Shown in pieces: positions 39,399 through 53,439 of a stretch of 64,000 bases of DNA. Numbering within the stretch: the stretch's first letter is position 1; each line of letters opens with the position of its first letter. The stretch is from Octopus vulgaris. Taxonomy: Eukaryota. The position numbers and the translations under genes were made by a program. The stretch covers positions 88,474,001 through 88,538,000 of the forward strand of contig OX597824.1 of assembly GCA_951406725.2 (NCBI GenBank). Direction: 5' to 3'. A model generated the notes under the pieces. That model had not been told where the DNA came from, did not search any database, and saw only the letters and a program-made list of their open reading frames with translations.

Positions 39399-39716
39399 AC
39401 ACTACTGTGTGAACAGGTTTGGATGACACTCTCTTCAATTCCATGCAAAATTGGTTATTATCTGACATTAATTTTGCTTAGGCAAGATGCATGGCAAGGT
39501 GCAGGCATAGCTGTGTGGGTAAAAAGCTTACTTTGTAACCCATAGTTTCAGGTTCAGTCCATTGTATGGCACTTCTGTTATATCCCTGAGCCAAGCAATG
39601 ACTCGTGAGTGAATTTGGTAGACGGACACAATGTGAAAACAAGTCATATATGTATGCTGGCCACTGATAAATCATTAGATAATGATTTTATCCTAATTTC
39701 GTATATGTGTGTGTGT

Positions 39717-40030
39717 GGAGGTGCAATGGCCCAGTGGTTATGGCAGTGGACTCGTGACTGTGGGATCATGGTTTCAATTCCCAGACCGGGCGTTGAGTGT
39801 TTATTGAGCGAAAACACCTAAAGCTCCATGAGGTTCCGGCAGGGGGTTGTGGTGAGCCCTGCTGTACTCTTTCACCATAACTTACTCTTACTCCTTCTTC
39901 CTGTTTCTGTTGTACCTTTATTTCAAAGGGCCAGCCTTGTCACACGCTGTGTCACGTTGAATCTCCCCAAGAACTATGTTAAGGGTACATGTGTTTGTGA
40001 GGTGCTCGGCTACTACACTTACCGCACTCA
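39717..40030 (+). mobile_element. Family C-related SINE
   Basis: ggaggtgcaatggcccagtgg...gtttcaattcccagaccggg. Confidence 0.75.
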
Positions 40031-40219
40031 GTTGAGGTGTCTTGTCTTGTAAGTTACTTGGTGACCTCTCTGCTGCTGGTGCCACATAAAAAGCACCCTG
40101 TAGACTCTGTAAAGTGGTTGTATTTAGGAAGGGTATCCAGCCTTAGAAACCATGCTAAAGCAGATATTCGCCTCTGCAGTCAATCGGTCCAACTCATGCC
40201 AGTAAGGAAAACAGACATT

Positions 40220-40540
40220 GAATGATGATGATGACGATGGTGGTGGTGGTTGTGGTGGTGGTGATGATGATGATGATGAAGAGGAGGAGGATAATGATGA
40301 TGATGAAGGGGATGATGATGATGGTGGTGATGGTGGTGATGATGATGATGATGACGATGAGGATGATGATGATGATGACGACGACGATGATAATGATGAT
40401 GATGGTGGTGGTGGTGATGATAACGACGATGATGATGGTGGTGGTGATGATGATGATATTGACGATGAGGATGATGACGACGACGACAATGATGATGATG
40501 ATGAGGAGGAGGATAATGATGATGATGAAGGGGATGAAGA
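40220..40540. repeat. (GAT/GGT/GAG)n low-complexity expansion of a retroelement tail
   Basis: Directly follows family E core (ggaaaacagacattgaatgatg); contains an internal ~35-bp duplication. Confidence 0.85.
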
Positions 40541-40670
40541 AGCTATTTTATACACATATCCAGCATGTAACTCTACATTGTTGCTGTAGTCTTAATCTTA
40601 ATAAGTATCATTGTTTCTGAAGATTGGTTTCATATAGAAATGCAAAGATTATAAACTGAAAAAGCACGCA

Positions 40671-40723
<53 letters not shown>

Positions 40724-41169
40724 GTAAGAAGATAGGGAAACAAACTTTCAGATATAGATGTACTGGCAGATTTCCATGAAATATATCGAAAAGATAACAC
40801 TTCCTATGATCTTGTAACTCCCTGACAAGACTATTTCCAGCAGAGTGTGAAAAAGAACTCTTCATATCAAAAGATCAAGTTGTTCGTTAGCTGAATAAAT
40901 AAAACAACAGAGGCAAAAAAAAAAAAAAAGAGAATGTTCTTTTGTTTCACTTGAAAAATCGCCTGTAAACCTAGAACTTAGAAAAGCGATCTTTTGCCAT
41001 CCAGAAAGTCCATTATGAATCTCACGAACAAGAGAAATAGACAAGAGAAATAGACTTGGCTCTCGAACCTTCAATGAGAATTGTAATAATTACTATGTGA
41101 AGATAATCACAACACAAGTATATATATTTTTATTGTGTGGTATTTATAGTATGGATTAGTATAAGATGT

Positions 41170-41273
41170 GTGTTTGTATGTATGTATGTATGTATGAATG
41201 TATGTATGCGTGTGTGTGTGTATGTATGAATGTATGTATGTATGTACGAATGAATGTATGTATGTATGTATGA

Positions 41274-41304
<31 letters not shown>

Positions 41305-41970
41305 AATGTATGTATGTATGAATGTATGTATGTATATATGAATATATGTATGTATGTATTTATGTATGTATGTGTGTATGTATGTATGTATGTATGTATG
41401 AATGTATGTATGTGTGTATGTATGTATGTATGAATGTATGTATGTGTGTATGTATGTATGTATGTATGTATGAATGTATGTATGTATGAATGTTTGTATG
41501 TATGTATGTAAGTATGTGTGTATTTATGTATGAATGTATGTATGTATGTATGTATGCATGCATGTATGTATGTAAGTATGTATGTGTGTGTGTATGTATG
41601 TGTGTGTGTATGTATGTATGTATGTATGTATGTATGTATGTATGTATGTATGTATGTATGGATGTATATATATATGTATGTATGTATGTACGTATGTGTG
41701 TATGTATGTATGTGTGTATGTATGCATGTATGTATGTATATATATGTATGTATGTATGTATGCATGTATGTATGTATGCATGTATGTATGTATGTATGCA
41801 TGTATGTATTAATTTATGTATGTATGTATGTATGTATTAATGTATGCATGTATGTATGTATATATATGTATGTATGTATGTATGCATGTATGTATGTATG
41901 CATGTATGTATATATGCATGTATGTATGTATTAATGTATGTATGTATGTATGGATGTATATATATGCATG

Positions 41971-42004
<34 letters not shown>

Positions 42005-42066
42005 TGTATGTATGTATGTATGTATGTATGTATGTACGTGCGTATGTATGTATGCATGTATGTATG
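41170..42066. repeat. (ATGT)n microsatellite, ~900 bp
   Basis: Visible directly. Confidence 0.95.
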
Positions 42067-42454
42067 AATGTGGGGGTGGGTGTCTTTGTGCGTCTTTATT
42101 ATTATTATCATTGTTGATCCAGTGTCTTAAGCCTCTTGATTGAGTGAAGAATCGTAATGGCCGGACCGGTCTTCATCCATCCTCCTTCAGTGATTATAGC
42201 TATTAATTTAAGTTTGTGTTCATACACAAAGCAATAGATACACTTAGTTATGAGAGCTGTAGCCGTCAGAGACAACAGGGAGCCAACCTACCAGTTTTGG
42301 TGTCCTTGGTTTGTCAACAGTCCTCACTCACCACAGCACTGAATCCCGAGGAAAGACAATAATTTCCCACTAAACAGTAGTAAATAGATATGAGGTAAGC
42401 AGCAGAAGCACTGCATGATTGATGTATGTGTCATTGCAAATGATTGTCCCAATC

Positions 42455-42619
42455 GGCGCAGGAGTGGCTGTGTGGTAAGCAGCTTGCTAACCAACCACAT
42501 GCTTCCGGGTTCAGTCCCACTGCGTGACATCTTGGGCAAGTGTCTTCTGCTATAGCCCCGGGCCGACCAATGCCTTGTGAGTGGATTTGGTAGACGGAAA
42601 CTGAAAGAAGCCTGTCGTA

Positions 42620-42666
<47 letters not shown>

Positions 42667-42872
42667 TTGTATGTCTGTGTTTGTCCCCCTAGCATTGCTT
42701 GACAACCGATGCTGGTGTGTTTATGTCCCCGTCACTTAGCGGTTCGGCAAAAGAGACCGATAGAATAAGTACTGGGCTTACAAATAATAAGTCCCGGGGT
42801 CGATTTGCTCAACTAAAGGTGGTGCTCCAGCATGGCCGCAGTCAAATGACTGAAACAAGTAAAAAGTAAAAG
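42455..42872 (+). mobile_element. Family B SINE, full length and young
   Basis: ggcgcaggagtggctgtgtggtaag ... aaatgactgaaacaagtaaaaag. Confidence 0.9.
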
Positions 42873-44030
42873 AATGGCTCTAAGTACTGTGAGACAATTT
42901 CCTGGTGCTGGTGGTACCATAAACATAATATCTTGGTCGTTCATTTTTATCCTTTATCTTTTACTTGTTTTGGTCTTTGGACTACGGCCATGCAGGAGCA
43001 CCACCTTGGAGGGTTTAGGGAAACAACTGGACCCCAATGTTCAGGTTTTCGAAGTCTGGCACTTAGTTTATGGATCTCTTTTGTGAAACCCCTATATACA
43101 TACAGCTTTAGGTGTTCTTGCTCAATAAACACTCACAACACGCAGTCTGGGAATTGAAACCACAATCCTATGACTGCAAGTCCACTGCCCTAACTAGTAG
43201 GCCATTGCACCTCCACTCTGTTATGTACATATGTATGTATGTACGTACGTATGTATGCATGTATGTATGTATTTGCATACATACGTACATACATACTCAC
43301 AACATTCACCCTTACATACTTCTGATCCCTTCTACCATTATTACTATACACCTCACACTCCCTTCCACTCACTTTACTCACCCACCTCCATCTGTCTTCT
43401 CCCTATCTCTCATCCTTCCCCTGTCTATCAACTGTTTTATTATTAGTCTGCTGCTCTTCACCCTTTCTGTACTGCCAGTCATCACCTCCTCTCCCCTGGA
43501 TCATTTTATTTGGCATTCGTCCTTCATTGTTACCACTTTCCCCAACTCATGTTGACCGCATCAACAAAAGATCCCCTCCTACCTGTACCCCAACTCAAAT
43601 CACCCCTCACTCTCACTCACACACACACACGCACGCACACACACATATTGGTCAGTAGTTCATATATCTGGAAAAAAAATTAGACTCTAAAACATAAGAA
43701 TAGAAATATTTAGAAGGTTGCGTGTTATGGCTGGTCAGAGAGTGGTCATTAGTTCCGCTAAGCACCTTTAGAGGTGTGAAACCAATGGTCATTTACTGAC
43801 CAGCCATAACATACAACCTTTTAAATATATATATATTAGGCGCAGGAGTGGCTGTGTGGTAAGAAGCTTGTTTCCCAACCACATGGTTCTGGGTTCAGTC
43901 CTACTGTAAGGCATCTTAGGCAAGTGTCTTCTGTTATTTCTACTATAGCCTTGGGCCAACCAAGGCTTTATAAGTGAATTTGGTTGACAGAAACTGAAAA
44001 AAGTCCGTTATATGTTATTCATATATATAT

Positions 44031-44236
44031 ATAATAAAAGGCTTCCAAATAAGGAAGTTAGTGCTAGAGACACAAAAAGGGATAAATTCAAGGAAGGAAT
44101 GAAAATCAAAAACATTTACCATTACAGATGGGATTTATCTGTAATGGTAAATGTTTTTGATTTTCATTCCTTCCTTGAATTTATCCCTTTTTGTGTCTCT
44201 AGCACTAAGCTTCCTTATTTGGAAGCCTTTTATTAT
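44031..44236. repeat. Near-perfect ~100-bp-arm hairpin in a TA tract
   Basis: Arms 44031-44129 and 44137-44236; 7-nt loop gggattt; one indel seen. Confidence 0.92.
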
Positions 44237-44324
44237 ATATATATATAAATAATATATTGTCTGATGACTAATTTGTCTTTTGTGCTAGGCCACTGGTAAT
44301 AATAATTTGTTATTACCCTATTTG

Positions 44325-44729
<405 letters not shown>

Positions 44730-44864
44730 TATATATATATATCTTATATATATATATATGAATATGTATATATATATATATATATATATATGAATATGTA
44801 TATATATATATCTATATATATGAATATGTATATATATATATATATCTATATATATGAATAGGTG

Positions 44865-44895
<31 letters not shown>

Positions 44896-45309
44896 GTATA
44901 TATGTATGTATGTATGTGTATTTGTGCTTGGCAACCAATGTTGGTGTGTTTACATCCCCGTAACTTAGTGATTTGGCAAAAAAGACCAATAGAATAAGTA
45001 CTAGGCTTACAAAGAATAAAGCCTGGGGTCAATTTGTTCAATTAAAGGCAGTGCTCCAGCATGGCTGCAGTCAAATGACTGAAATAAGTAAAAGAAGCTC
45101 GCCGGCTTCTTTGCCTCTATCATTCTTTAACTTATCATCTGGCACAATGCCACCTCCCTCAGTATTACTCCCCCCTCTCAGTTAAGGGGTCTTTGTCTTG
45201 CAATCTATTTGGAGACTTCGACGGTGCCATGTGAAAAGAACCCAATACACTCTGTAAAGTGGTTGGTGTTAGGAAGGGGATCCAACTTTAGAAACCATGC
45301 TAGACAGTC

Positions 45310-45659
45310 GGCGGAGGTAAAAAAATACGCACACCATCCGTTTTCGGCATAACCCTAAACTTAACTTAACCCTAACCCTAAATACCGAAAGTGGGTAGTG
45401 TGCGTATGCTTTACCTATTTCTTCACTACCCACAAGGGGCTAAACGTAGGTGACGAACAAGGACAATCAAACGAATTAAGTCGATTACATCGACCCCACT
45501 GCGTAAGTGGTACTTAATTTATCGACCCCGAAAGGATGAAAGGCAAATTCGACCTCGGCGGAATTTGAACTCAGAATGTAACGGTAGACGAAATTTCGCC
45601 TGGCGTGCTAACGTTTCTGCCAGCTCGCCGCCTAAGTGTGCGTATTCTTTACCTTCGTC
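45310..45659. mobile_element. GG-ended MITE with TAACCC repeats, carrying a family A SINE (~45417-45633, minus) in its right TIR
   Basis: TIR ggcggaggtaaaaaaatacgcacac / gtgtgcgtattctttaccttcgtc; flanks agacagtc / agacatcc; SINE duplicates agtgtgcgtat(g/t)ctttacct. Confidence 0.75.
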
Positions 45660-46489
45660 AGACATCCGAGCTTGGTGCAGTCCTTTGGCTTGCCAGCGCC
45701 CGTCAAATTGTCCGACTCATGCCAGCATGGAAAACGGACGTTAAATGGTGGTGAGGATGATGATGTGTATATGTGTGTGCATGCGTGTGTGTGTATGTAT
45801 ATATACACATACATTATGTAACTATTGTGTTTACAGTACATGTAAAAAAAAAATGATAGTTTATAGTGCACTGCCAGGTTCACACACATCCACACGCACA
45901 ACCACCCACACGTATGCACGCACGCATTCACACACACCTAGATTATTTCACTGTAAAACCTGACTATATAAGTTTCGAGCGTATGGCTTTTTTTCTTTCC
46001 TGATTTACTTATATTTTAGAAAGTCTGATTGTAAAACAATGTTTTCAAAAAGAACTTGTTAAAGCTGGAAGGGAAAAGAAAGCAGACATTCCTGAGTGCC
46101 GAGGGAGAGCATTTTCCTCGGAATGTGTAGAATCTTTCCATACAGGAAACAAGAGTGGGTAAGAATGAGCAAGTGCATAGAAAGCTTATTACAAGTAAAG
46201 ATTTAAGATTTAAAGAAAAATAAGCAGAGCAAAAAAAAAAAGGTATCTAAATATAGTTTCTGGAGACTGAAAGAGGAAACCTCAGAGGAAAAGAAGTCGT
46301 GTAGTATTTTCCTAAAATGCATTTCAAGGTAATGTATGTTGTAACAATTGGGTAAGAATGAAACAAGAGTAACACCTAGTGTAGGAAGGAATGCAAAGCA
46401 ATATAGATGTAAGATTAAGAGAGAAATTAAATAGGGGCGATGTGGCGGCGATGTTGGTAGTGGTGGGGGATACTATACAGCGTTAGAGT

Positions 46490-47335
46490 AGGAATGAGGA
46501 GGAAGGATTTGATTATATCGTAGGAGGATGAGTAAGAGATAGAATAGGTGGGATTAGGAGTATAGAAGGAGGGGGAATGAGAGGTAGAATAGATAGGATT
46601 GGGACTATAGAAGGAGGGGGAGTAAGAGGGGGAATAGATAGGATTAGGAGTTTAGAAGGAGGGGGAATGAGAAGTAGAATAGATAGGATTAGATCTATAG
46701 ACGGAGGAGGAGTAAGAGGGGGAAGTAGATAGGATTAAGGTTGTTGAGAAGTAAGAGATAAAATAGATAGGCTTAGTAGTATAGAGAGAGGAGGAGTAAG
46801 AGGTAAAATAGATAGGCTTAGTAGTATAGAGAGAGGATGAGTAAGAGATAAAAAAGATAGGCTAAGTAATATAGAAAGAGGAGGAGTAAAATAGATAGGC
46901 TTAGTAGTATATAGAGAGAAGGAGTAAGAGATAAAATAGATAGACTTAGTAGTTTAGAGAGAGGAGGAGTAAGAGATAAAATAGATAGGCTTAGTAGTAT
47001 AGAGAGAGGAAGAGTAAGAGATAAAATAGATAGGTTTAGGAGTATAGAAGGAGGAGGAGTAAGAGGTGAAATAGATAGGCTTAGTAGTATATAGAGAGGA
47101 GGAGTAAGAGATAAAAAAGATAGGCTTAGTAGTATAGAGAGAGGAGGAGTAGGAGATAAAATTGATAGGCATAGTAGTATAGAGAGAAGAGGAGGAGGAG
47201 ATAAAATTGATAGGCATAGTAGTATATAGAGAGGAGGAGTAAGAGATAAAATAGAAAGGCTTAGTAGTATAGACAGAGGAGGAGTAAGAGATAAAATAGA
47301 TAGGCTTAGTAGTATAGACAGAGGGGGAATAAGAG
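46490..47335. repeat. Purine-rich 45-bp minisatellite (~18 units)
   Basis: Unit ggagtaagagataaaatagataggcttagtagtatagagagagga recurs at 46921, 46966, 47011, 47056, 47101...; 15-aa periodicity in ORF 46818-47420. Confidence 0.9.
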
Positions 47336-47339
47336 TCAG

Positions 47340-47514
47340 TTGATAGAAGGTGGAGTGACGAACGTCAGTCACGCCTCTCCCTTCATAACGAAGTTTGTTC
47401 GTCAAAAGTACCCGGATCAAAACATGGCGTCAATATCATTTTCCCAGTCCTGAGACAAACAGATAAAAAAATAATTGGATTTATAACTTAAACGTACTTA
47501 ATTACAAAGTAAGT
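47340..47514 (+). promoter_or_regulatory. Candidate promoter and first exon
   Basis: CpG-rich; inverted CRE half-sites TGACG-aa-CGTCA (47356-47367); YY1-like AAAACATGGCG (~47419-47429); donor aaa/GTAAGT at 47509. Confidence 0.5.
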
Positions 47515-48581
47515 TTGGATGCTCGCTATTTATTTTTCACGGTCACAGCTTACCTTTTTTTTGATTCTAAACATTTTATTTACCCTTGTTTATGTTTTTT
47601 TTTCTCCCTAATTTCGCACTGTCCGAATGGCGAGTCTGTATATGCAGGTATGTGTCAGAAACAAATGTCCCACTTCGGATCTAGGTTGTTATTGTTTGTT
47701 TTCTTTCCTACTTACTGTCATTGCTGGGATGTTAAACAGCATTTTCATCTCTCTTTAAACCAAATACAACCTCAAATGATTTACTACACGACCAAACCAC
47801 ATATATATATATAAATATTCATAAATATATTACAAAATTCTGTCCAATTATTGTGACCGAGGACAATTAGTGTTTTGACCTACGGCTATTAAAACGGGAC
47901 TCTTTACTCTCACGACTATTTTATACCACTTATGGGACTGTTTTATCTCAATTTTTCTTTCGTTTGAATCGTATTTCTCTTCTTTTTGCATCAGGCGAGG
48001 GCTTCTCAAACCATGTGTTAATTGATGTATGTATCTTTTAATTCATTTGTGCGTGGCATACAATCGACGTCTCCAAACATTCTTGCAGGTGGTTTCTTTT
48101 CGAAATATAGACCCGCGATCAACCCCTCCTAAAGCTGAACTATCAAATATCTGCCTGGATTTAAGATATTTATTTAGAAAAAAGAAAAAAATTAATATTA
48201 AAACTGACTTTTTTAACACATAGATCACCAATTTATTTAAGTTTTCATTATTTCAGTTGATATAAGATTTAATTTGAACACGTTTCTAAAGAAGAACTGG
48301 AATGTATTCGTGTAGCCCCCATACCTTTTACTAATTATTAAATACCACATATTTGAGGTTTGGCTTTGTATTTTAACTCATCTCAAGTACCGATCCCATA
48401 ACAAAATCATTTCAAAAGGTAAGATAAAGATTGTGTGTGTGTGTAAGCAAGTGGTTAGCAGTATAGAACATGTTTTGAGTTGTCCGTGAAATTAATTGTC
48501 CTAGAAGTAGATGCAGGTGCGCTGGTCAGTGTCTTGTAATTGATGCTACCGCCTTTTTTCTCTCTCTTTTTTTTTTAACAG

Positions 48582-48787
48582 GTGTTCTTAACATATACTT
48601 TTCCAGAGCTGTATTATTATTATTTTTCATTCTTTCAAAATATAGAAATAGTTCACGCTGGGATCCCACGATTAAACAGGCGGCGATTAAACTAGTTGTC
48701 AATACTTTACTTGTAATTTCAATAAGATACCTATTCGATTGACCTCACCTGACATATTTATTTTCTTTTCGGTTGTTTTCTGTCAAG
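48582..48787 (+). other. Candidate 5' UTR exon
   Basis: 25-nt polypyrimidine tract plus aacag acceptor; donor caag/gtaaga; no convincing ORF. Confidence 0.3.
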
Positions 48788-49625
48788 GTAAGACATACGT
48801 GTGTGCGTGTGTTTGTACACACATTCACAATAAGTAGGTTTTGTGTACTGCTAGTGTATGTATTATATAAATGTATAATTAAACAATCTTTCCTCCCGTG
48901 AAAGTATGTATGTATGTGTGTGTGTGTGTAACAGTCTTTCTTACTGAACTCTGACTGCAGTTCAGTTGCTGATTAATTTCTACCTGAAATTAGCTGCCGT
49001 TGGTCACTAAGCAAATTTAATCTTTCTCCTTCGGATCGGCCATTGACTATTATACTTGGGATAAAAGCTATTGTGGAATATCATTCACTGAAGTCTTGTG
49101 GATCACAAAGAATCGACCAAGACTTCGAAAAAGACCTACAATAAATCTTAAGTGTATATTATATATTGCGTGTGGAGGGGGACGAGTTTGGGACGAAAAA
49201 AAAAAGGTGTTGGGTTGTCTGATCTAATATTTCCGAATAGAACCCTTTATACTGCGCGCAAAATACACACACAAACACACGCACACACGTGTGTAAGTGT
49301 ATACTTATGCACACACACACTATATATATATATATATATAGTATGTGCATAGATACTTAGATATGCCCTGCATAGGTGGGTGCTTTTTTTTCGTGTATGC
49401 CTATTTATGTATATTGCCTGGGGATCAGTATAAAGCCCCGTTGTGCATGTCAGTATATGTTTATAGACAACCTGCATACCTGTGTATGTGAGTGTATATT
49501 GACGTCTGATGTTGCAGTGCGTTGTATTGTATTTCAATTACATGTGTATATTTATACAGTGTGCGTTTATAAAATATATTTGTTGTTTGTCTGCATGCAC
49601 ACACACACACACACACATATATATA

Positions 49626-49664
<39 letters not shown>

Positions 49665-49692
49665 GTGTGTGTTGTATATGTGTATGTGTGTG

Positions 49693-49743
<51 letters not shown>

Positions 49744-50320
49744 CATAGTCGTGGGGGTGCATCTTTGGTTGAATATGTTCGCTCGTTGGGCACTCATTAG
49801 GTTCTGAGGGAGGTTAATCCTGTTACCAGGATCTGTCTGATTTTACTTGGATCGATGCAAATCTTAAATATGGAAGGACAAAAAAAAAATAAATGAAACT
49901 TGTCAGGTAATTATGTGTACCTGTAATTTAAAAAAAAAGTTCGTTACACTTCGTCAGGCAGAATTTGACAGAGGATCTCCATAAGAGTACAAGTGTCTTT
50001 GTATAATACAACGAGTAGATACATTGATCGACTTGAAATACACTCATATATATATATACACGCACACCCTCATGAGTGTGTATACATACATACAGCGAGT
50101 CCGTGTATATGTTGTTTGTTTAGGCCAGCCAGTCATATTGCCCATACCCTAGTTTTAGGAGTATCTAGGACTGGGTGTACTTCCTTGATAAGACGGTGAT
50201 TGGGTGGACCGTGTACAGGTAATTTGAAGATATTTTGCTGCTATTTCGAACGACCACGTAGAAGTTCCCTCGCACATATATAGAGTATTTTGTTTTTGTT
50301 GATCTTATCACGGAAGAGTA

Positions 50321-50383
<63 letters not shown>

Positions 50384-50487
50384 GTCAATAATAAAAGGGT
50401 AAAATTAATTAATTATTAATTAATTTTACCAAGTAGTGTTCAGTATGTAAAAATTATTTTACTGAACCCTAATTATATAACGTAATG

Positions 50488-50552
<65 letters not shown>

Positions 50553-50898
50553 GGTTTGGAGATGATGTGCAGGTATTTTATATTAGAAGAAATGAGGTAC
50601 TCAGAAATTCGGATGGTTTTTATATTTACAGATATTTATTTGTATATTACATGTTTTTAGACATCATAAATAGCGCTTTCGTCCATTCTAGTGGAGTTTT
50701 CAAACTGAACTTAGTTCTTGGGGGAAAATTTGACCATTTTTATAGTGTTATTGAGTGTGTAGTGGTGGGGAGGGATATAAGATAGTACAAGAGGGTGATG
50801 GATGGACTGGCATCCCGTCCAGCTGGGGGGGGGGACACATACGCCACGGAAACCGGGAAACCGGGCCCATGAGCCTGGCTAAGACGAAGAAAGAAGAA

Positions 50899-51263
50899 TG
50901 GAGTGGTCGTGTGGTAAGTAGCTTGCTTACCAACCACATGGTTCTGGGTTCAGTCCCACTGCGTGGCACCTTGGGCAAGTGTCTTCTACTATAGCCTCGG
51001 GCCAACCAAAGCTTTGTGAGTGGATTTGGTAGATGGAAACTGAAAGAAGCCCGTCGTATATATGTATATGTTTGTGTGTCTCTGTGTTTGTCCTCCCCCA
51101 ACATCGCTTGGTGTGATTGCGTCCCCGTAACTTAGCGGTTCGGCAAAAGGGACCGATAGAATAAGTACTGGGCTTACAAAGAATAAGTCCTGGGGGTCGA
51201 TTTGCTCGACTAAAGGCGGTGCTCCAGCATGGCCACAGTCAAATGACTGAGACAAGTAAAAGA
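50899..51263 (+). mobile_element. Family B SINE preceded by a family D tail (50790-50885)
   Basis: ggagtggtcgtgtggtaagtagc ... aaatgactgagacaagtaaaag. Confidence 0.85.
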
Positions 51264-51696
51264 GTATACGTATATGCATTCTTTACACACACACACATAT
51301 ATGTATTAGTTAGTGTGTGTATGTGCAGTGTGCATCCGTGTGTGTGTATGTGCTTGTGTACTATATAGAGGGTGCACTGTCTTCTCTTAATGATATTAGG
51401 TGTCAACGAAAGTGTATACGCCCATATGTTTCAGCGCATGTGTTTCTATAATGTTTACGCTTTGCGCTCGCACCTTTAGCATATTATCTGATATGTGCGT
51501 GTAGGCGCTATTTGGCCAAATCGTTAAGAAGTATGCCCCACTTCGCAACCACGGGGTCTCTGGCTCGATCCTATCGCATGGCGTCATCATTGATAAACGT
51601 CATTTTCTGTAGTCTGTGTTCAGCAAATACTTGGTGAGTGAAATTGGGTAGACGGAAGCTGTTTAGGAGTCCGTCGGATGGATTGTGCTTGCCCAG

Positions 51697-51943
51697 GGTA
51701 CTACTTGAGAACAGTGGTCCCGGTGCGCGCATCCGCACTAGCTAGTCATGACTAGTCGATCCTTACTTTGTGTTTTTGTATTTTATTTACTTTGTTTAAA
51801 AAATTATTTACTTTGTGTAAAAAAAACTATTTATTTTGTGTTTTATTTACTTTGCTAAGGTAGTCGTTGTAGGATCGACTAGTCACGACTAGCTAGCGCA
51901 GATGCGCGAGTGCGCGCACCGGGACCACCGTTCTCAAGTTACC
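51697..51943. mobile_element. MITE with ~65-70-bp GC-rich TIRs, GG termini and 9-bp TSD (Merlin- or Mutator-like)
   Basis: ggtactacttgagaacagtggtcccggtgcgcgc.. / ..gcgcgcaccgggaccaccgttctcaagttacc; cttgcccag at 51688-51696 and 51944-51952. Confidence 0.85.
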
Positions 51944-52741
51944 CTTGCCCAGCTGATTCTGTCTGTCTCAGAATTACGTTAAGAGTACACGTGTCTGCAG
52001 AAGGCTCAGCTAATTTAGACGTTAATTAAGGAGCAGATAATTCAGTTTAATCAAACACCTGAATCTTCATTATCGAACGACTGAGATCCACCTTTGCAAA
52101 TATGTACATGTGCTTATAAATGACTTTGTACAGCTCTCTCTCCCTCCCTCTCAGGTGTGTGTTATGTACGTCCACTTATCTATTTATCCTACCTATCTCT
52201 AGATGCAAGCATGGTCGGGTGGTTAAGAAATTTGTTTCTCACTCATGAGATCTCGTATAAGAGCTCCGTTTGGTGTCGTGCATAGATAAATAACCTCGAG
52301 TCGACCCAACCCTTGTGAAGGAAATTGAATAAATGGAAACCGTGGGGCAACCCGTCAATAGATTTCACCTGTAATTAAAACAGTTCAGTTTTGTCTCATA
52401 CCGTGCCTCGGCATTTCAAGATACCTGTGTCTTGCAAATTTTGAAACCAACGCAGGATTTTTTCATTGTATATGATGTATAAGAAAACCGTATATAATTT
52501 ATATTATACTTAAATTATACATACATGCATACATAAACGTGTGTGTATATGTTGTGTGTAGACGTTAAATGATAATATATACGTGTATGTGCGCGTGCAC
52601 ACACACACACGAATGATAGTTACCTCAGTAACAGGTATGCTTATTGCTTGTTAATGTAGATCCACTTGTTTGTATCAAACCATTTTAAATTACCTGTGAA
52701 TTTCTGTGTGCGCTTGTGTAAATATGTGTAGATCTCTCTCC

Positions 52742-52791
<50 letters not shown>

Positions 52792-52794
<3 letters not shown>

Positions 52795-53182
52795 AGTGGC
52801 TGTGTGGTAAGTAGCTTGTTTACCAACCACATGGTTCCAGGTTCAGTCCCGCTGCATGGCACCTTGGCAGGTGTCTTCTACTATAGCCTCGAGCCGACCA
52901 AAGCCTTGTGAGTAGATTTGGTAGATGGAAACTGAAAGAAGCCCGTCGTATATATATATATATATAGCCCCTTGTGGGTAGTAAAGAAATAGGTATTTCG
53001 TCTGCCGCTATGTCCTGAGTTCAAATTCCGCCAGGGTCGACTTTGCCTTTCATCCTTTCGGGGTCGACAAATTAAGTACCAGTTACGCACTGGGGTCGAT
53101 ATAATCGACTTAATCCGTTTGTCTGTCCTTGTTTGTCCCCTCTGTGTTTAGCCCCTTGTGGGTAGTAAAGAAATAGGTATTT
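52792..53182 (+). mobile_element. Family B SINE 5' half followed by a headless, permuted family A body unit
   Basis: agccccttgtgggtagtaaagaaataggtatttc at both ends of ~52966-53183. Confidence 0.8.
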
Positions 53183-53439
53183 CATTGTGACATGCATATG
53201 ATTCCCTAACCGCTGCAATAAAAGATCCTCTGTCTAGCTGTGGCTTTAGTCCTAACTTGCCCTAAATTTGGATTGTAATGAAGGAGGCCTACACTGGATG
53301 ATCGACCTCACTTTCTTGTTCCTGACTTCTTAGGCCAGTGACAAGGCAACTGGATGAATATCCAGATTACAATAGGATAACCAGGATGTTCTATGTGTCC
53401 CGTTGTGCTCTGAAATGTGTGTCCCACAGTGATGTTGCT

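Noticed and set aside
40218-40589. Asp-rich 123-aa ORF resembling a biomineralisation protein
   Set aside because: Begins exactly at the (GAT)n tail of a family E element; no signal peptide or splice support.
46020-46158. Possible 139-nt exon with one open frame (SLIVKQCFQKELVKAG...)
   Set aside because: AG/GT boundaries are plausible, but there is no recognisable homology; too weak to list as a feature.
46818-47420. 200-aa Leu/Ser/Pro ORF on the minus strand
   Set aside because: By-product of the 45-bp minisatellite.
50665-50710. Minus-strand TTGAAAA-ctcca..tggac-GAAA-GCGC-TA hammerhead-like pattern
   Set aside because: Core deviates at two positions and stem I does not pair; possibly a decayed relative but unsupported.
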